Virus record (IMG/VR): IMGVR_UViG_3300025673_000013
Coordinates: 1 to 28,075 of that record
Reading direction: 5' to 3' (one strand)
Source: a virus
Lineage: Duplodnaviria; Caudoviricetes
Length of the DNA stretch: 28,075 nt
Both the position numbers and the translations under genes were made by a program. Shown in pieces: positions 23,470 to 28,075 of the stretch. Below the pieces are notes generated by a model. It was not told the DNA's origin and did not search any database. It saw only the letters and a program-made list of their open reading frames with translations. How positions within the stretch are numbered: position 1 is the first letter of the stretch; every line of letters begins with the position of its first letter.

Positions 23470-26400
23470 ATGGCTTGGTATGACAGCGATAACTGGTTAG
23501 GCGGTACTACGTACAGTGGAGGGTTTTATGCCTCTGGGGGGTGGGATCCGAGTACTGGTTGGGTTATAAATGATTGGGGGTTTGGGGTCAATGCTAACAT
23601 TGATTTTGGGAAACCCATAACTTTACCGACCCATAGACCACAAGGTCTTGCCGCTAAAGTTAATGAGGATATTTGGGATAGTGATGAGGATTATGCCGAA
23701 TTTTGGAAGGATGTTGACTTAAAAACTGGTGAGTATTTAGGGACTGATAGTAGATGGGAGTCAGCAGAGTTCCAAGAGTTCTGGAAGGATGTAGACTTAG
23801 AATATGGTATGTACACAGGTCATGACCTGAAGTGGCTTGCTGGTAACGCTAGTGATGGTGGGTATTCTAAGAATCAATTTGTGGACTACATACAGTGGGC
23901 GCAAGGTAAGGGTAACAGCACCTCTGACATACTAGAAGAATTGGGCAATCGTGGAGTCCAAGACCCTCATGCACAAGTCTCAGCCCTTTACGGTATCCCA
24001 AACGATACAGCGGCTGTTACCCACTTCATGGACAGCAATGCTGAGTTCTGGAGTTTCTATGATGCCGAGAAAGGTACATTTAGTAAACTAGGGACTGATC
24101 TATACGGTAAGCCTTTACTAACAGGGTATAGGGATCAAGATGCTACAGCCGATGCTTGGGGAAATAGAGTCACTTTCCTTAACCATAAGGGTGAAAAGTT
24201 AACAGCACTGCTCCCTACAGGGGAACTTATCTACAAAGGCAACCTATATTACTTACCGAGGATAGGGGTGTATACTGATGCCTTTACTGGAGCAGTTACA
24301 AAAGTAGAGTACCCACATAACTATTTTTCTACTCTTCTGCCAGCAACGGTAAAAGAAAAAGTTGATCTGGCAAAGGGGGTGTCTGACAAATCGTGGCAAG
24401 ACTACCTAGGCAATTTCTCAAGGGATACCCAAGCTGGGTTGTGGGGCGATGACTACACTCCCAATGAGACCATGACCCTTTCGATTCCTGAGTATATTAA
24501 TGCCCAACAAGATGCTGGGCAAAGCACCGATTGGATTCTATACAGATTGGGCAATGCTGGTCATGACCTCACAGAAATTGGGGATATTTATGGTATTGAT
24601 GAATCAAAGGTCGGTGATTTTTTAACTAAAAACCAAGAGTTCTGGAGTCGGTACGACAAAGAATCCAACACATTTGATTACTCTGATTTAGGAGAAAATA
24701 GTTACGCCCCTACCTTATCTGGACTAGACAATTCAGGAGACCTGATAACTGGGCAGTTAGTTAAAAATTCCGCTGACGGTAGCCTATTTACGGGTGTCTT
24801 GCCCAACGGTACTGTCATCTATGAAGGTGAGTATAAGCACTCCGATAATAACTTACTGCCAACATCTCAATCTTGGCTTGGCAGTGTTCCTGCTGTTAAT
24901 TTACTGGTTAGTTTAACAGAGATGTTGTATGACGGGTATAACTCAAACGTCCCGTTTAGTTTAAGTGAGTTCGGGGAAATAACTGAGGCTAGTCACCTTA
25001 TCCGAAACATAATTAACACGGGTCTTTCGGAAAACCCCTTAGTTAACATCATCACGACCTTGGGAACTGGTCAATCTATAGGTGAAATCGTTGAGACTAT
25101 TCTCTTTGATACTGAAGGTGGTGTAGATAGAGTTATAGATACCACGCAGGGTCATTTTGCTAGTCTTGACGATAAAGACATGGTTGATATAGTCGCTTAC
25201 TTAGCGGAAATGTACTATGGACAGCCTGTTCAAAAAGTTACTGAGAATATCTCAGCCTACCTCAGATCTGAGTTGCACGTAGAAGAGTCTGCATTTGTTC
25301 CTAGACCCCCTCATGTGATAGTTGACGCTATAGTTGCTATAGAAACTGGTGAGACTACTAAGGAAAAATTAGAGGCTAATCTAGGCGTAGTTCTACCAGA
25401 GAAAGTATCTGATTGGGAAACTGTCGTAGAAGTAAAAGCCCCAGCCACATGGGATATTTCCTCAGAAAAAGTATTGTCCGTAGAGCAAGTCCTCAACATA
25501 GGGGATGGGGAGTTGGGTAAAGAGAGGGTCATCATCCCTTACGGTCAAGGAAACGGTATATATGCTGGTACTAGGGTATACAGTTCAGATGACCAGTATA
25601 AATCCACAAGTGATACTGTCAAGCCCGCTGGAATAACCTATATAGGAAATAATCTTGACCAGTATATTGTTTACCGCGATACAGCTACCAAAGAAGTATC
25701 TCACTTAGTAGCTGTGTCAGTTGGTGGTACTGACTCATTAACCCAAGACTTAATTGATGCTCATGATAGGGACGGTGCGCTAGTTGGTGGGGCTAAAGAA
25801 GTAGCGGCAAATGCTCTCTTAGGTGCTAGAGAGTTGACTGATCTATTGGGGTTGGAAACTGCGGCAGAATATTTTGACGGTGCGTCAGACTATGTTACAC
25901 AGAGTAATACTTTTACAAGCAAGTTCAAGGGTGGTTTTAAAGACAATATTGATACTGGTACTTCTGTCGGGTGGATTTTAGAGCAATCTGCTCAAGAACT
26001 ACCAGACTATGCCCTATCCCTTGTTGGCGGTGCGGCTGTGGCAATGACAGCGGCTCTATCCGCGCCACTATCCGCGGCTATTGTAGGTGGTCTATTCACA
26101 CTTGAATACTTACAGAGTGTAGGGGAAATTGCTCAAGAGGCAAAAGATAAAGACCTAGAATCAGACCCACTTGTATCTGCAAGTTTTGGTGCTTTGAGTG
26201 CTTTCCTAGAGAAGTTAGGTGCGAAAAGTCTATTAGGTGGGTTGACTGAGAAGAGTACCGTTGGCGATCTAGTGAAAAAGATAGATGGCACTGAATATGC
26301 TGATGCCTTAGATGACACGGGTATACTTCGGCAGATAACAGGGTGGGTAAAGGCTGTCGGTAAAGAGGTTCTAACAGAAGAGGGTCAAGAGGCACTTGCT

Positions 26401-28075
26401 GTCGCTGGCGGTGCTACTTTAGGTGCAAACTACACAATAGACGAACTGTTTAACAGGGCAGTAGATGTTGCCGCTGTGACAGCCTTCATTGGTAGTGCGG
26501 GTCATGCCTCGTTCAACACTGTGTCTGACATTATAGAAAACACAGACTATGACAACTCCAAGTATCCTACCCTATCTTCTGCATTTGGTACTGATGTTGC
26601 AGAGTTGCGGTACGACCCTGTTACTAACGCAGTTGCCGCAATGGATGTTGATGGTAATTTGGCGGGGGCATATGTCCCTTCTTCTGGTTCTGTATTAACC
26701 CATGAGGCTCTAAACGCTGATGACCTTTCCCCATTTTCTGCTATGGAGACTATCTCCCTGCCACATGGTCTGGCTATGGATACTTGGTCTTCTAACCACC
26801 CCTTATTTATAGGCACTGATTCGGTAGGTTTCCTAACGTCAGCAACCCCAACACAATCTACGGATACGGCTAATTTTCATAACGAGTTGTTTGGTAGTAC
26901 AGATGGTAGTAACTACCAACTAACTTGGAATGATGATGGTAGTGGTTACACTGTCTCATCTTATACATTAGAGATGAGTAGTGCAGACCAAGTAATCCTT
27001 TTAACAGAGAAATTAGCGAAGTTGGAGGGTAAGTACGATCCTGCTGGTTATGATAATGTAACGGGGTTAAACTCATCTGGGTTCAATACTGATGGATTCG
27101 GGGCTGACGGGTTCAATGTTGCTGGTTACAATAAGTTTGGATTTAATTCCGCTGGTAGAAACTTACACGGTGCTACCCAAGAGATGATTGACGGGTCAGT
27201 CATGTCTCAAGCCTTACATGATAACTGGGTCGCTGGTACAGCGTTTGATGCAGACGGGTACGACATCAACGGATACGACACATTTGGTAAAAATACTGCT
27301 AATAGAACCAGAGAGCAACAAGCCGCCCAAGATTTAGCAGATAGTAATGCAGAAATCGAGGCTATCAAAGCACCGCTTCAGGCAGATTTAGACGCGGCTA
27401 TTAAGTTAAAGAACGAGGCACTAGATGCCAAGTCAGGGTTAGAGAGTGAGAATCTGGCTTTAGTTGATGCGAGTAAACATCTAAGTCCTCATCTGTACCC
27501 AGCCCATGAGTTTAAACATACTGACGATACTGGGGCAGTTACCTATTCAACTAAAGAAAACGCACCCACAACATCTAAAGACTCAGAAGGATTTTATCCA
27601 TCTGGGTTCAATGACTTAAATCAAACAAGAGCAGATATTGAACAAGGACTTATAGCAGATGCAAGAGAAGGTTATGTAACAGAGGGAACTGTACCTGAAG
27701 GCTATGTAACAGAGGGAACTGTACCTGAAGGATACAAATCTCCTACAGAGGTAGCGACAGATATTACTACTGCTATTAAACCTCTTAATGACTCAATTAT
27801 CATTAAAGACGCTGAGATTAGTCGCTTAAATAAACAGATTCAGGAAGGAGGTGACCCAAGTGGTGAATTACAGGCGAAAATTGACTCATTAACTACTGAG
27901 AGAGATGGTTTCGATTCTGAGGTCAGGCATCTAAATAAAGAAACTACTCATGAGTTTAAACATACTGACGATACTGGGGCAGTTACCTATTCAACTAAAG
28001 AAAACGCACCCACAACATCTAAAGACTCAGAAGGATTTTATCCATCTGGGTTCAATGACTTAAATCAAACAAGAG
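23470..28075 (+). CDS. giant putative ejection/internal virion protein, 3'-truncated (at least 1535 aa)
   Basis: Hand translation from ATG 23470 (MAWYDSDNWLGG...) finds no stop before the window end. Hydrophobic segment at about 26008-26103 and EVLTEEGQE motif. No Cys. Absent from the ORF track, presumably because it has no stop. Confidence 0.9.
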   Translation, partial: MAWYDSDNWLGGTTYSGGFYASGGWDPSTGWVINDWGFGVNANIDFGKPITLPTHRPQGLAAKVNEDIWDSDEDYAEFWKDVDLKTGEYLGTDSRWESAEFQEFWKDVDLEYGMYTGHDLKWLAGNASDGGYSKNQFVDYIQWAQGKGNSTSDILEELGNRGVQDPHAQVSALYGIPNDTAAVTHFMDSNAEFWSFYDAEKGTFSKLGTDLYGKPLLTGYRDQDATADAWGNRVTFLNHKGEKLTALLPTGELIYKGNLYYLPRIGVYTDAFTGAVTKVEYPHNYFSTLLPATVKEKVDLAKGVSDKSWQDYLGNFSRDTQAGLWGDDYTPNETMTLSIPEYINAQQDAGQSTDWILYRLGNAGHDLTEIGDIYGIDESKVGDFLTKNQEFWSRYDKESNTFDYSDLGENSYAPTLSGLDNSGDLITGQLVKNSADGSLFTGVLPNGTVIYEGEYKHSDNNLLPTSQSWLGSVPAVNLLVSLTEMLYDGYNSNVPFSLSEFGEITEASHLIRNIINTGLSENPLVNIITTLGTGQSIGEIVETILFDTEGGVDRVIDTTQGHFASLDDKDMVDIVAYLAEMYYGQPVQKVTENISAYLRSELHVEESAFVPRPPHVIVDAIVAIETGETTKEKLEANLGVVLPEKVSDWETVVEVKAPATWDISSEKVLSVEQVLNIGDGELGKERVIIPYGQGNGIYAGTRVYSSDDQYKSTSDTVKPAGITYIGNNLDQYIVYRDTATKEVSHLVAVSVGGTDSLTQDLIDAHDRDGALVGGAKEVAANALLGARELTDLLGLETAAEYFDGASDYVTQSNTFTSKFKGGFKDNIDTGTSVGWILEQSAQELPDYALSLVGGAAVAMTAALSAPLSAAIVGGLFTLEYLQSVGEIAQEAKDKDLESDPLVSASFGALSAFLEKLGAKSLLGGLTEKSTVGDLVKKIDGTEYADALDDTGILRQITGWVKAVGKEVLTEEGQEALAVAGGATLGANYTIDELFNRAVDVAAVTAFIGSAGHASFNTVSDIIENTDYDNSKYPTLSSAFGTDVAELRYDPVTNAVAAMDVDGNLAGAYVPSSGSVLTHEALNADDLSPFSAMETISLPHGLAMDTWSSNHPLFIGTDSVGFLTSATPTQSTDTANFHNELFGSTDGSNYQLTWNDDGSGYTVSSYTLEMSSADQVILLTEKLAKLEGKYDPAGYDNVTGLNSSGFNTDGFGADGFNVAGYNKFGFNSAGRNLHGATQEMIDGSVMSQALHDNWVAGTAFDADGYDINGYDTFGKNTANRTREQQAAQDLADSNAEIEAIKAPLQADLDAAIKLKNEALDAKSGLESENLALVDASKHLSPHLYPAHEFKHTDDTGAVTYSTKENAPTTSKDSEGFYPSGFNDLNQTRADIEQGLIADAREGYVTEGTVPEGYVTEGTVPEGYKSPTEVATDITTAIKPLNDSIIIKDAEISRLNKQIQEGGDPSGELQAKIDSLTTERDGFDSEVRHLNKETTHEFKHTDDTGAVTYSTKENAPTTSKDSEGFYPSGFNDLNQTR
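27505..27631 (+). repeat. exact 127-bp direct repeat, copy 1
   Basis: CATGAGTTTAAACATACT...CAAACAAGAG, identical to 27949-28075. Confidence 0.95.
27667..27735 (+). repeat. 30-bp tandem repeat (EGYVTEGTVP x2 plus partial)
   Basis: GAAGG(T/C)TATGTAACAGAGGGAACTGTACCT twice, then GAAGGATAC. Confidence 0.92.
27949..28075 (+). repeat. exact 127-bp direct repeat, copy 2 (runs to the window end)
   Basis: Identical to 27505-27631, offset 444 bp, in frame. Confidence 0.95.

Noticed and set aside
23470-28075. Non-coding region, alternative genetic code, or N4-type virion RNA polymerase
   Set aside because: One standard-code frame is fully open, so the minus-strand ORFs here are shadows. No T7-like or multisubunit RNAP catalytic motif is visible in the available part.

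Overview
The window is part of a tailed dsDNA phage genome, most likely a podovirus, and has four parts. (1) 1-387 is the 3' end of a plus-strand operon. (2) 378-6085 is a leftward 'early/accessory' region of small genes, including a DUF932-like and a GP88-like protein. It is punctuated by four copies of a sigma70 promoter cassette and three copies of a covarying double RNA hairpin that resembles an RNase III site. (3) About 6086-6514 is a divergent non-coding switch region. (4) The rest is a rightward block: TerL, a Q-like antiterminator, an HNH endonuclease, a lambda pR'/tR'-like late promoter and terminator, TerS, portal, scaffold, N4-gp56-type major capsid, adaptor, nozzle, a repeat-rich tail fibre, small membrane/lysis-like genes with DUF1353, and two cysteine-free putative ejection proteins. 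The second of these is an ORF of at least 1535 codons that the ORF track missed. It runs off the window end inside an exact 127-bp repeat. A manual scan found no GCWGC, CCWGG or GGWCC sites anywhere. Family assignments come from motif recognition by eye, not from database searches.
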